Made by a program: the position numbers and the translations under genes. A stretch of 64,000 nucleotides of DNA from Raillietiella orientalis (Eukaryota), in NCBI GenBank assembly GCA_036172245.1, contig JAYWIR010000020.1, positions 2,480,001-2,544,000 of the forward strand, written 5' to 3'. The stretch's first letter is position 1, and every line of letters starts with the position of its first letter. Below the pieces are notes generated by a model. The model ran no database searches, had not been told where the DNA came from, and saw nothing but the letters and a program-made list of their open reading frames with translations. Positions 1 to 12,260 of the stretch are shown piece by piece.

Positions 1-143
1 CCCTAGTCGAACCTCACCCGGTCTGCGGAATGGCAGCCCGGCGAGTCCATGGACAAACCGAGCGTGGTAGGACCACGCATCCTACAATAATTTTCGAGTT
101 TCTTTTGCATTTTAATGAACGCCCCGGCGTGACTGGGTGGAAA
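1..143 (+). repeat. GC-rich family 3' terminus, truncated by the window start
   Basis: aatgaacgccccggcgtgactgggtggaaa at 114-143. Confidence 0.55.
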
Positions 144-145
144 CC

Positions 146-350
146 GGAGACAACCAGGTAGAGGGTTCCCTTCGGGATTGCGTCTCAAGGATCAGAAAGG
201 AACGGACTCCTTCCTCAGGATCTCTTCCTGGATTCCTAGATTAGTCCTCCCAAGATTACCTCGTAACCGGAACAGTCCCGCGCTCCACTCGAATGTGTTC
301 AGGAGATTCGTGAGTCCCCCTGAAGAGTCCAACGGTTCTTCGGCACTTTG
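146..350 (+). repeat. Conserved structured module, copy 1
   Basis: gagacaacc...ggaacggactcc...ttcctggattc...caacggttcttcggcactt; these blocks are shared with 41636-41845, 56160-56340 and the reverse complement of 20740-20860. Confidence 0.7.
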
Positions 351-639
351 CGTATCAGAAAAAAGAATGCGACTTCCTCTTCCAGATTCTGCCACTTCTG
401 GGGATAGCGCTCTTCCTCAACTGAAGCTTTTCAAGAAAGTCTACGTTCGTCGGCGACACAAGAACGATCGGGCGGTTCAGTGAAATCCATGCATCCGAAT
501 GCGTTGATGACTTTGGGAAGACAAAAGTAGGGATGCTGGATTTTTAATGCGTACACGTTTTGTGTATGTTGTGCAGCGTAACAATTAAAACATGTACATA
601 ACATACTCGTTTCCTCCGAGTCCTACTTACCAATTCACC

Positions 640-1380
640 GTTACAAATAGAGCGCATAGGGGTCGCCAGAGTGCGTTAGGGCGCCAAAACACCCACAGAC
701 GTTCCTGCTAGGTTGGAATAAAAAAATCATGAATATTGACCACACATCGTTGCCGCCTTCCCGAAGATGGAACCCAAGGCTTCTCATCCGCAACACTTTA
801 GGGCACCGAGAGGAGGTTGACACTCTCCCTGACAAAGATTGATACTTTAGGGCATTGCAATTGAGTGACCGCGATATCTTGAAATTGCGAAATCATTTCG
901 TAGAGTGCTCATCGGAGACTCTCTAACGATCTCTAAGTGCACGAGGTGTCCGGATCCAACGCATTGGATGCATTGAAGGTTTCAGTTTGTTACAGAAACT
1001 TTTATTGCTTTTTAGCGGCAAACAGCGCCGCAGCATTGCTATGGGACCCATCCCTGATGCATCTGCATGCGACTCTTCTGAAAGCACTTTCGTAGTTTTT
1101 GGATCCACTTTATTGACATGCAAAGTCTTCTTCTAAGGACCTGGTTAAGAAATGCATTCACACTCTGATGCCAACCAGTGGGATTGGAAGGCCAGGTTAA
1201 ACATGCCTTTGAGTGGAAGAGATGAAGCGGACTGCTTAGTAATGCAAGCTGCTTCTCGAAATGACTACATTGTCTGTCATACGTCTGCCCTTCCTTATGA
1301 ATATTTAAGATGCTAGCCGTCTTCGAAATCAAGGATGGACTGTTAAAAGGAAAAGTAAATGTCTTCATCCATATTCCATT
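640..1380 (-). pseudogene. Endogenous viral element: degenerate RdRp, alpha-supergroup/hepe-like
   Basis: The minus strand reads, in order, PGLPI/TGWHQSVNAFLNQVLRR (cf. KxGQxIxxWxKxxN), DASGM, a frameshifted LYE/NDFA (motif A-like, ~880-905) and THSGDPY (motif B, 656-676). It is truncated before GDD. Confidence 0.55.
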
Positions 1381-1529
1381 TATGGACGAGCTGCTTTTTT
1401 TCCTGTGTGTGTTTTCTTAGTCTGGAATTGATAACAGTGAAAATAACACTAAGGAAAAGAAGGACATTGCTTGTGTGAAGGGTAAAGGACTGAAGACGAA
1501 GAGCTTGTTTGATCGAGGAATAGAGAGTA

Positions 1530-1760
1530 AGGAGAGTAGAAAGATGGTTTCTTCAATGGGTGGTGTCAGGTCCTAAGAAGGAAAAGACTGATGGTTTTCC
1601 TGAAGACCAACGAGGCGTTCGATTTGGGGAACTTCCAGAAAGGGCACTGCAGAATGTCAAGAATGCTACCGAGCAAAGCATCACAAGGTTGCACAATTTC
1701 AAGTGGGTTGAGGAAAGAGAAACTCCCTTTAAGCAGAGATGCAAAATATGGTGAAAATGG
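1530..1760 (+). other. ORF-X fragment
   Basis: GELPERALQNVKNATEQSITRLHNFKWVEERETPFKQR aligns loosely by eye with GMLP...LTAKWDERSFATRR (element B) and with element D. Confidence 0.35.
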
Positions 1761-1997
1761 TGCAAGCTGCGTGACGTCTGTGTGATACTCCCATCAATAC
1801 TCTCCGATGCTCCAAGGGGGTGAACGGTTCTTGGATACTTGGAGAACGATAGGAGAGGGGCTCGCCATTCCGACATGGAGAGGAAGATTTCTTCGCGTGA
1901 TCCCGCTCCTGAGGAACCCCTGACCACGGGATCAGGCAAAGCCGACGCGGCCTGCCTCTTGGCATCCCGGGAACATCTTTCGGATTGAGCATACCGC

Positions 1998-2629
1998 CCC
2001 ACTGGACCCGCTCCCGGACAGAGGAGCGTCGAGATACTGGACAGCGGATGCGGAAGATGCGCCGTCCGGGGAGAGAGAGACATCACGTCGAACCCCTGCA
2101 CGAGGGCGCGCTCGTCTCGGCGCAGCGAAAAGCAGCGATCGCGAGCGGCGTGCCCCTCACGTGCGACTCTTCCTTGAGCCCCGGTTCATGCCCCCGGGAT
2201 TGAATCACAATCCCGGATGCAGTGTTGCCATTCGAGAATGGAGGAGACGAATCGAAGAGGGGAAGGGGGCTGACGTTGCCGAAACGGCAAGCGAGCGGTG
2301 GGACGCCTGGTGCACGGGATCCGAAAGAGGATGCGGTCCCTGGGTACTTGCACGTCCACCGGCAAGTGGCGTGAGGCGAAGATGCGACGCTTGGGAGTTG
2401 CCGCTGCGGCATAACCTCCGGGTACGTAGGTGCCCCGGTAGCAAGTGTTGGGAAAGCGAAAGTTGGAAAGCGAGACGTCCCGCATGAGGCTCGTGGAAGC
2501 GGTGGGGACCCCCTCTCCAGGAATCGGAAGCGTCCCGTCGGAAGCGTCCGCCTGCTGATTTCTTCCGCGGCAGCTGGCCGCCGCGAGCGAGGGAGTGGAA
2601 AGTCCGAGGATGGAGGAAATCCTCTGCTT
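1998..2629. repeat. Near-identical direct duplication of 21514-22165
   Basis: Only a few substitutions, plus a 20-bp deletion between gggacgcc direct repeats in this copy. Confidence 0.95.
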
Positions 2630-2859
2630 TAAAGAAAAAAAGTTGCGCGATGTGGGATTTAAGAGATTCCCTCTGTACCAGTTACCCGCTAAAGTTTGTA
2701 CAGTTTCTTTTGTACAGCTTGGTACCAGTTAGGTCGAGCGCAAGGAATGTTTTCCCCTGATAATGATAACCGCAACCCTTTTTTTTTTTTTCTTTCAAAC
2801 CGGGACACTTTCGGTTCTGTAAGTTTCCAAGGACGCAGACTTTTCCTGGAAACCAGTTC

Positions 2860-3200
2860 GAATTGCTTAAAACGGGATCATGACGAAGAACAAGGTGATT
2901 GTTCGAAGAACAAATTTCTGAGCAGACTTTGAAGTCCAACTTGGATTTTTCATTTGGAGATGAGTGAAACGTGAAGTGTCTCACCTAACGTTTAATGATG
3001 GCTCTATCACCAGAAACCATAGCGCTCAGAAAACGAAGTTTTCCTCAGGGCTACATTTTCACGTCAGAGAGGCTGCAACCTGCATTGGAATTCCAGGTGC
3101 TTCGTTGGAGATCACCAAGGATACATTCGAGATGTATGCTAAAAGTTAGGTGTTTTAACGGTCAGCGAGAAAGGTTCTCCCTTTTTTTCTGCAGGATAAA
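2860..3200 (-). pseudogene. EVE: degenerate RdRp motifs B-E
   Basis: GEPFSLTVKT (starting 3180, cf. SGEPxTLxxNT), SAMVSGDRAI (SGDR at 3003-3014, decayed GDD), then KLDFKVCSEICS and HDPV. Confidence 0.4.
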
Positions 3201-3819
3201 TAAATCGAGGCAGTCTTCGGTTACTGGATCTGCACTTCTCTCGAGTGCTCTCATTTCGTTCATCTAGCAGAAGAGGTTGAAGACAATGGTTCGTGGGATT
3301 ATCTCAGCGGACCGTTTGCGTTTCAATGACCCCCTGAAATTCGTTATAAATTTGAGATCCACTTTCACGTCAAAGCACTACATCTATTGACTGAAGCAAT
3401 TAAATATCAGATATGTACACTGTGTCGTAGCGTACATTTCATAGCATCACTAGAAGGTGGATTTATTTTTCCTTTTGTCTCCATCCATTTTCAAGAGGTT
3501 ACTGAGAGAAAAAAATTTTCTCGCAATCTTGAAATGATAAAAAAATTATTCTGGTATCTTTGACATCCTTAATACTTGTCCTAAGTGTTGCAGAGTTGCA
3601 AATACATGGCGCAGGTAAGAGATTTTGCTTTGCATCCAAATCTTCTTTCCACTTGATCTGAAAAACTCAGGAAGAATTGCAGTGGGGTGAGCCATCATGG
3701 AATTCTCGACACAGTTAAGGAATGGAAAATCCAGAACACAGAGGCAGTTTATGAGAAGCACGTGAAAAAGGGATATTTCCTTTTTAAATCAAAATTGAAA
3801 TCCTTAAACATGCACGAAG

Positions 3820-5110
3820 CATCCAACGAAGAAGTTTCTTTCATGGTATCAGTTCTTACAACAAATCGAAAACATGCAAAAGTAATTCATGCTTGGAAAT
3901 TTTCATCCTTCAAAGATACACCCTCATCCCTTGCAGCTGGAGTCCACTCGGTGATATGTAGTGCACCGTTTTCAAGGTTAGAAACCTTTACGGGGATTCG
4001 AAGGAAAAGGGTGAGGTGGGTGCTCCGCGTGTGCTGCCATCAGGTGGCACATTGAACAGCCCAGCCAAAGAATATTCTCAGCTACTCTTCCGGATTCCCC
4101 TTTAATAATCTTGGTGGCCGACGCTGGAAATATGTTCATGTTCCGATCCACGATGGAGGCTGTTTATTTTCCGTTGGTCTTGAGATTCAGTCATCGCATC
4201 AATGAACAATGTTCATTGTATTGAAAGCTCCTTCAGTGCATTGAGCAGAATCATGAGAGAAACCATCTGGCAAGTGCCAGAAGCGGGCAAACGGAGATTA
4301 GAAGTCCCGACGGAATCGGAACTCGGGACCCAGAGGGTAAAGAGCAGCCACGAGATGTAAAGACTAGCGCGAGATGAGAGAAAGATTAAGATCCTCAAAA
4401 GCAGGTATCTGTCCGGGAAACAGAGCACCGATCGGACTAATCAAGAAGCATTAGGCGAAGAGTCACAAGCTCCCTTACTCGCAGGTCTATAACCCCGGGC
4501 TTCCCACGTCCTTAAGAAAAAAGGAAACAGGAGAGGACGCAAAAGAGAATGGGGAAACGGCGAAAGGATAACGAGATCATCAAGGAATGGTGGGACAAGG
4601 AAACTCCAAGAGAGGATTCCTTTGCTGCTATGGATGAACACGTGGAATGCGAAAAGGTAGATGAGATCGAAGCCAAGCCATCACGTGCGGGAAGGCCATC
4701 ACGAAACTCCCCAGGAGATTATACTCGGGGAACTTTTAAAACGTCAAGAAACTTGCAATCCGCATTCCAGCCTTACCCAACGTGGCCCTTTCACCTTATC
4801 TTCGAGGAAGTCCGTCGGCTTTCCTCCCACTTCGTTGCTTAAGCAGATTGACCCCCTTCAACATCTACTCCTCCTTTGCTGTTCCTTCGAGAGCGTCTCT
4901 CCCGGAGTTTCGTGTCTCCCGTGTGCAAGCCTGGAATCACAAACGAGGGAATCGCGACGAGTGGAACACTCTTCTCCGCTTTCCCACCGTGCAGTTCAGC
5001 AACAGCTCAAGACACCTACGAGCTGCCTCGGAGATGAAGCAAACTTTCAACCGTTCCTTTCCGAATAAAGGAAGCGTCTGCCCAGAGCTGAGGCTTCTTT
5101 TCGGAACTCC
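3820..5110 (+). other. Rod-folding element A (candidate endogenous viroid-like/deltavirus-like RNA) with two apices and degenerate basic ORFs
   Basis: Nested helices 4701-4710/4904-4913 (acgaaactcc/ggagtttcgt), 4615-4624/4944-4953 and 4588-4595/4982-4989, plus gaaag/ctttc and agctc/gagct out to ~4455/5100 (apex ~4807). A second nested set, 3973-3980/4106-4113 and ~3992-4005/4087-4100, has its apex at ~4040. The + strand is purine-rich over 4210-4760 and pyrimidine-rich after it. ORF 4549-4842. Confidence 0.65.
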
Positions 5111-5129
5111 TTGTGATCTGTACATCCGG

Positions 5130-5400
5130 TAAACCTAAAGGATCCAAGATTTTCCGAAAGAGGCTTGCTGTCGCATCAGAGGATAGCAGCGCACTTGAGA
5201 ATCTGCTTCTGCGGCGACTCAAGAGAAGGAAAGAAAACAAGGAGTTTCTTGAGGAGGAATTTCTAGTTTCTGCTGATATCTCGGATTTTGATTCTTTCCA
5301 AAATGGCGCGCTAATCACGAGCTCTGCAGTGGGTGAGGCTTTCCATAGAGGTGCTGAAGGCTCACCGCTTTGAGGACCGTGCTCATAGCAATAAGAGGCT
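5130..5400 (+). pseudogene. EVE: RdRp motif A fragment
   Basis: ORF 5113-5373 contains EFLVSADISDFDSFQNG (5269-5301), matching the DxSxFDxxQ motif A consensus. Confidence 0.55.
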
Positions 5401-5600
5401 GTAGAAGGAGCTCTCAGAAGTGGTTCCTTTCATTCTCCGGAAGTCCAGGCTACCGACGTTCATGAAATTTGCTAAGCTTGATCATCTGTTCTGCAATATT
5501 TTTTTTTTTTAACTTAATGAGGCTGTCAGCATTCGCTGAAGTTTACCGATTTCTAATCAGTTTAGTCGTACTCACGTTTAGCGCTCACTACAGACAAAGA

Positions 5601-5669
5601 TCTGCAATCCCATGACTAGGTTTAAACTTACTCACACGCTAAGTTTGAACCCAGTCGTGGGAATGCAGG
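5601..5669. other. Imperfect ~30-bp hairpin of pre-miRNA-like size
   Basis: ctgcaatcccatgactaggtttaaactta / taagtttgaacccagtcgtgggaatgcag with a 9-nt loop. Confidence 0.7.
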
Positions 5670-6339
5670 CAGAGTCAGATCCCAAGCAACATAGCAACGG
5701 CATCATCTGTCTGCTAGGGGACACGCCACAAATGGATGAACTGGAATCCGGCAAAGCGAAGATAGTTACCAGCTGTTAGGAAGAAGCTGGATGAAAGATG
5801 AAGTCCAATGCATCGCATATCCTTTCCTTGCTTTCGATGCTCGTTGATCAGTTCGAGCCATGAGCGTTCCCCCCGTGCACCACGCATCGCGGCGGTAAAC
5901 GTCCTCCTCGTGAATTCATCGAAAGTTGCAAGTTGACAGCATCATCTTCAACTTGAATTCTGGGTTCTTCATCTAACAAGCTCCAATTTTGCCGACCTCG
6001 TAACCAGATTTTTTCATTAGGTCAAGGCAGCACGATGTAGCCAATGAAGCTGATTGCTCTACTCATTCTTCCATTCTACGGCGAAAGGTGATAATATTCT
6101 CAATGACATTGCATCCGTTGGTGATCTACTACTCTTCGGCTGATATTCCAGCTGCTTCTTTCTCTGGTTTGCCTGTCCACCCCCAGGCTGGGGAACCCAC
6201 CCGACACATGGTGGGTTCCTCAGACTGTGGGTCCAATACACGTCACGAATACCCAAATGCATGAAGCATCTTTTCGAAGATGCCTCATCTTTTCGGCGTC
6301 TCGTGATGGAATTCCCAGTTCTCGTAGAATGCCGTCATT

Positions 6340-7760
6340 CATCAGGTCCTAGCTACCACGCGAGCTCTTCAACAGCGGAACGCTCTTGAAGAGAACAGTG
6401 CTGGCACCCACATTTAGGGCCTGGACCTCAGTGGTTAATCCACTTCTTGTCACTTGTTCTTTGCAATATCTTGATATTTCAGGTGTTCCTATCTGGTGCT
6501 TTACTGAAAGTGTCTTCGCCGTTCTCGAACGGACAGGCAGCATCCAGGGTGACCAGGCTGTTAGCCTTGTGAATTACGAGGTCCGGACTTCCGGGAACAG
6601 ATTGGCTTCCGTTCCAGATACACACTGGTTTTCGGAGATTGTCTTCCATCCACCACTACAGTAGAGACGGTTTTCATAGAAGCAGGACGTGATCTTGCTG
6701 GTGCATTTGGAGCTTCCATTGCAACGAGAGTAGCAACGTTGTTTCCAAGGGAGTGCCTCCTCGAACTGTAAAAGGTGCGGAGCAGCAGAAACGGTCCCAC
6801 ATCTGCTTTTAGACTGCAGTGTGCTCCAAGGATTGTGACGGAGGCTAGCTTCAGCTATCCTGCACCAGGGGGACACCGCAAGGACATCAATGCGCCGCTT
6901 CTTCACTCCAGGCGGCCTGTCGTTAGGTGCAGTTGTCGCAACGGTCTGTTGCACCCGCGCCAACGAAAAGGCCCACCACCCGTTGAAGTCACAGGCGCTT
7001 CTCCGAGAGACCACCGGAATAGCCGACGACAACAAGACGTCGGCTGCCAGGTGGCCTCATCTTCCAGAAGACGTCAGGAAGGAGACCTGCGGCATCCAAC
7101 GACGGTTCTGAAGGGAAGGAACGGCCGAAGCCAAAGATCCCTGTCCCCTACCCTCCCCATATTTTTATTCATATTTTTTAAATATTTCTTCGTGGTCCCC
7201 TCCCTCCCGTTCCGGACTTTCGGTTTCACCGACCTGCGTTTCGGGGAGCCCTCCCATCGGACTTCTGTAACCTTTGTCAGGGAACTTTGTTCCCGGATAG
7301 TTTAGTAATAAACCCCCCGGCGCACCAGGGTGAAAAACAGTAGCGACGGCAGCGTTGCGAGTCCCATGCCTGGAGCTAAACTGGGGAGAGTGCATCGTGC
7401 AGTGGTTCCGAACATGTGGAGAAGTTTCTTGCCACAGTCCGCGTCTCCGGCATGCACGATCGGGCGCCGGCCTCCCGGCAGCGCCACGTTTTGGCAGAAA
7501 ATCTTGGCCGAAAGGCCGAGAAGTGATGGATGCCTTTATTCCAGAAGAATTCTCGTGGCCATTTGCAGCCATTTTCGAAGCGGAACTTGCAATTTTTCTT
7601 CCCTCTCAATTCGTTCTCGTCGCTGCTGCTTATAGTTATCATTACTCTAGCCCGCGAGGACAAACAGCGCAAGGCTGGGAGGAAATCCGTCAGTGAAAAT
7701 TCAAGTCAGCTTTCCGAAGGAAGCACATGATGTCCAGGTCGGGGAAGCGACTGCTGCTGT
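6340..7760 (+). pseudogene. Decayed LRR-GPCR pieces split by the GC-rich insertion
   Basis: SLQYLDISGVPIWCFTESVFAVL and GNRLASVP (LRR) lie before 6810; SDGCL..WPFAAIF..FVLVAAAY and KRLLL (ECL2/TM5-6-like) lie after 7340. Confidence 0.5.
6810..7338 (+). repeat. GC-rich family fragment plus conserved 3' end
   Basis: MRRFFTPGGLSLGAVVATV matches LRRFFTHGGQTAGAVALSV (35640-35700, minus). 7160-7337 closely resembles 19870-20043 and ends aataaa-cccccc-ggcgcacc-agggtg-aaaaa. Confidence 0.75.
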
Positions 7761-10700
7761 ACAGATCCATTTACAATGCTGTCCCTGTACTTTGCTCTCG
7801 TGCTTTGAATTTGTGACGAAACTCTTCCGAAATTCTGCCGTCCTCTGAGAAACTGAAACGGTGAAAAAGTGGAAGACACACTAAGAAGAAATCAGTGGGT
7901 TCGTCCGTCAGAGCACACCTGAGCGTAGGAAAAAAAAAAAAAAAAAACTGTCCGCAAGTTTTCCCTTTGAAACAGGAAAAAATAATAATATTTTTTCCAT
8001 CAGGAAAAATTCTATTACGCGCATGCAACCTCGTGATTTTTTGAAACATTCTTACAGAAAGTGAAAGTGAAAAATCACTCCTTTTCTGAAAACCACTTTT
8101 CTCTCTCAAATGATTATGCCCCAAAGAATGATGGACATGTTAGAAAACCAACGCACCTTTTATGGGGTCACACACCTCATAACGTGAATGTACAATCTAG
8201 ATAAACATACGATGTGTTTTTCAGTTCAGCTTTCAGCGTGAAAGCGAAGCTTAATTCACGGTTTGTCAGTCACATCTGCAGAAGGCTTCCTTCCGACGTA
8301 AGGGATGAATCTGCAGTCTTATATACTGCTAACGTGAATTTAGCAAGCCAGATCTGCACGGTTCCTTTCAAAGATACCGACAGGATGAGGTGGCTTCCTT
8401 GAGTTCGATTCAAGACAAGGGGCACACCGTACACTAGAGTCAGATGTGTTTTTTCATGACTTTTTCAGTCTTCGGCACATGAAGGCCCAAGTCTTCGCAA
8501 CTTAAAAGGGGAAAAGGTTCCATAGGAAATGATGCATTTCAGTGACGCTGCACCGAGAAAAGCGCAACCGGATGTGGATGTGCTACTCAAGCTGATTCAG
8601 CCATCTCTGTGTGCATCACAGCTGTTTACAGGGACCAATTAGTGCACAGCGTCGAATTGTGGGATTATTTTTTTCCCAGCGAAACGCATTTTTCCAAAAT
8701 TTTACGGCGGTATGACGATGGCTGTTTCTCCCAAAAGTTGAGATGGAATGCTCTACGCGCTTCGACCTCAATTCCAGTTACCAGAAACAAAGATGCTGTC
8801 TGGTGTCTCTTCATGGGTTCGCTCAGTGTTCTCGGACGGCGCCGAATCTCCAAGCACAGAGAGCCGAATCTTGGAGCTAGGCATGATTTTCTCCCGCGGT
8901 GGTATTTTCATGCAATGCGGCAGTATGATTGAGAAATATCATATCCGAGAGAAAATGCAATTCTCGTGTAATTTTAAATCCACACAATCCCTGGGTTACA
9001 AAATCCCTTTCCAAAATTTCCTCGGGTTCATGATACACAGAAGTTTGCCCAAAGAAATCAGTAGATGCGCAGCAGCTACAGCAGCGATCCCCTGTTGCCA
9101 CCATAACCCGTTTCTTTCGAGGTGATTGCCAGAAACTAGTGCAATGGGATCATTTCACCCCATAAGCTCAATGATTGATGCATCGAACGAAAGTGAATCA
9201 CTCGCTCTGAAGTCTCCCATGTTCATTCTATGTATGTATGTATGGATACACATAGACAGATGGGTGGGTACATATGCATCTGTTCACAGACTTGAAAGCA
9301 TATCAGTGAGGACTGCACTCATGCATACGTGCATGCGTACATGTGCAAGGAGTATGTACAAGCAGGCACATTCCGGAAGTGTATTTGTGTACGTCCATTC
9401 CCGTCTGGGGAAAAATGTGCCACCGAGAACTGAGCTTGCGTCTGCAAACTCCAGTTTCATCTGTAGCATGGTGAAGCCTCGGATCAAAGATCCTCAAGAG
9501 GGATCCGTGCAATCTGAACTGAATTTACTTAATCGCCTTTCTGCGGAACCGAAGGGCAATTAAGTACCTTCCATCATTTTCCATGCCGTCATGAGCCGTT
9601 AACTTCGAGGGTCTTTAAAGGAGAACAAAGTTGCAAAGTTAACAGGAAACAGGGGAATAAGGGATCTGCCGTTGAACTGGGTTTCGTGAATCTGGATTTT
9701 TCTTGAGCTTTCCTTCAATCCAGAAGCACGAAAAGAATCGATCGCAGCTCTTTATTTCCGGAGATGCATTTTCCCTCCATAATGGCATGATTTTTTTCCA
9801 TGAAAATCTTGTCTCGAGACTATCCAAGCGAAAAACAATTCCAGTGATTTTCTCATTAGAAACTTTCAGATGAATTTTCTCTGAATTCTTGGAAACCGCT
9901 CATCAGTCACGAGGAAACGAAAAATCGGAAAAACAAAAATAGACTGCACAGCCACGCCTCTGTACGGACTGTCGTCACTCTTCATATTAAATATTACTAC
10001 GCTTTTAAAAGAAGGTGTTATTTATTTGCCCTGTTCTATTTCCCCAGTGAAATGGGATCCAACACCACATGGCACCCCGAAAAACCTACTGTTTTATCAC
10101 CACCGTCTGTTCTGTTTCCTTCTATTCTGGAAGTGCTACAAAGCAAGACGCTACTCCAGACACCTCGTCAACTTTACCATCTTCAAGGAGTTCCAACTCC
10201 GTTCCCAAGTTTTTGAAATTTGAAAACTGTGCTGCCCTCCCACCCCTTGGGGATCTCCTAGAGACGACCCTTGAAATCTTGGTGGGAACAGTGCGCTGAA
10301 ACACGGAAGTAACTGAAGTTTCAACGTGTATCGCCCACTGCATCTTCGTTGTTTCTAAAAAAGAATTCTAGAAATAGAAGGGGCAAGGAACATGGAGGAG
10401 CCAAGCACATTTTATCATATGGAAGCTAGAAGCAGAAAGTCTTCACTGAGGACAGAAAAATAGCTTTTTGTAAAGAATTTCCACCTTATTTAATTTTATG
10501 GCCTATTTTTTCCCTCTCTCTCGCTCGCCCTCCACCTCCTCCTTGGAGTGAGAGCAACTGGTTCGTTTTCTCTTTGATTATCGTTTCCCTGGATACTCAG
10601 CCCATTGACACTAAAAAAAAATAAAGGAAAACGTTCCTGAAATTACAAGGGCATTCAGAATACATGACAGAAAAACCTGATTTTCGAATGTAGATCATGT

Positions 10701-11399
10701 TGTGGAAAGGATTTCTTCTTTTTTTCTTGTTCAATGTACGTTATTTAATGGAGTCGTGTAAATTGCGACTGCCTCTGAAATAATTTCTCCTGGAGAATTT
10801 TCTGCCCACTCACGAACACGTTTGCTGTATTAACTGGGAAACAGTTATTCGAGGAGAAGCAAGCTGACTCAAATGACAAGGGTAACGCTTGAAAGCGAAT
10901 CAAATATTGAGCTCAGGGTCGCGTTATCACACGGGAGAAGCAGGAAGCGGCGCTGTGCCCGTGGTCAGGTAGGTGCCGTAAATGGGTAACAAGGTAATGA
11001 AAACCTCTGCCACGCTTGCACTTAGACTTTTGCACACTTTGCCTGCACCGATTCCACGATGGAATCGTTTCGTTCAAAAAAAAAAGAAGAAGGAAATCTT
11101 TGTCCGGTTGCACGCCCTTTCCACGATGGAGGGTGCCGTCTCCCATGTTTCCCACGATTTGGGGCGTTGGCCGGGAGTGATCTTCTCAGACGAAATTCCG
11201 AGATGATCTACCGGACCTGTGATGTCGTTCAAGAGTGCCGTTTTGCTCCGATTGCAGCTCGAACCCTTGCCTGGATTCGTCCTGATCCATTGCATAACCC
11301 ACGAAGGATTCTCATGGATGCCTGCATCTGTTCATGGAGTTCCCATAAAAAGCCCACGTGAAAAATGCAGCCCAGTACCAATCTGCTTCAGGTTACCCC

Positions 11400-12260
11400 C
11401 TCATTCTTTGAAGCAGTTTTTCTATCTCTAAGGATCACACCACCTTTCCCAAGTTTCCATTGGATGAAGATATACACGTTCTTTTACTCTAGTTAGCATG
11501 CCTTCGCAATCACGGAGATCCTGTTGGCTTCCTTCCATTCTACAGTGATGCCTACAGATCAGCTCTGAACGAGTCTCCCGAGTTCTCACATGCACACGAA
11601 CCACTTCATCACAATGCCAAGCTCAGAGGCGATGGCAAAACGCCTACTCATCTTAAGTGATTCATAAGTCTCGTTACTCACCATGCCGTCTCAGTGCAGT
11701 AGCAGTCTGCTACTCGCCTGGTTGCCGTCTTACCTGGTTCACCCACAGGGAGCCGCTGTTAAGAAGCATGCGATCTTTCCAAGGAAGAGGAAAATTTTCT
11801 TCCCCGGATGGATCCATTCTGGGACAGCTTCCTTCCGTCATATGCTTCCACACCTAATGGGAATCGGATTTCCATTGCGGCAGAAACTCAAGGCAAGAGA
11901 ATGGAAAAATGCACTTTCCTCTGCTTCACTAAGGCGCAAAGGAAAATGTGGATCTTTTTCTCCCGATTGCAGCTTCCTCTGGAACGAAGTGCCCATCCTG
12001 ATGTGACAAAAAAAGGTCCTTTCGGTCGGCAATACGACGACGAGAGGGGCATATTCTCTTTTCACTGCTATTCGCTATTTGCTTTTAAGAAATTGCAATT
12101 TCGCAAAGGAGCTTTCTGATAGACGCTTGTTCAGATTCTTCTCCAAGTGGAGAATCCAAAAATGTGGATGATAGGATGAAAGGAACCCTGACTCACAACC
12201 GACCTTCGGGACAGAGCTTCTGGGGAAGAGCTTTTTCGGGAAAAGCTTCTGAAGAATCGG
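11400..12260. other. Rod-folding element F
   Basis: Apex ~11810 (cccggatgga/tccattctggg, closed by aaggaag/cttcctt and agcatg/tatgct). Outer helices cagtga/tcactg (~11543/12062) and tttccattgga.gaaga/tcttc.tccaagtggaga (~11452/12140). Confidence 0.5.
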
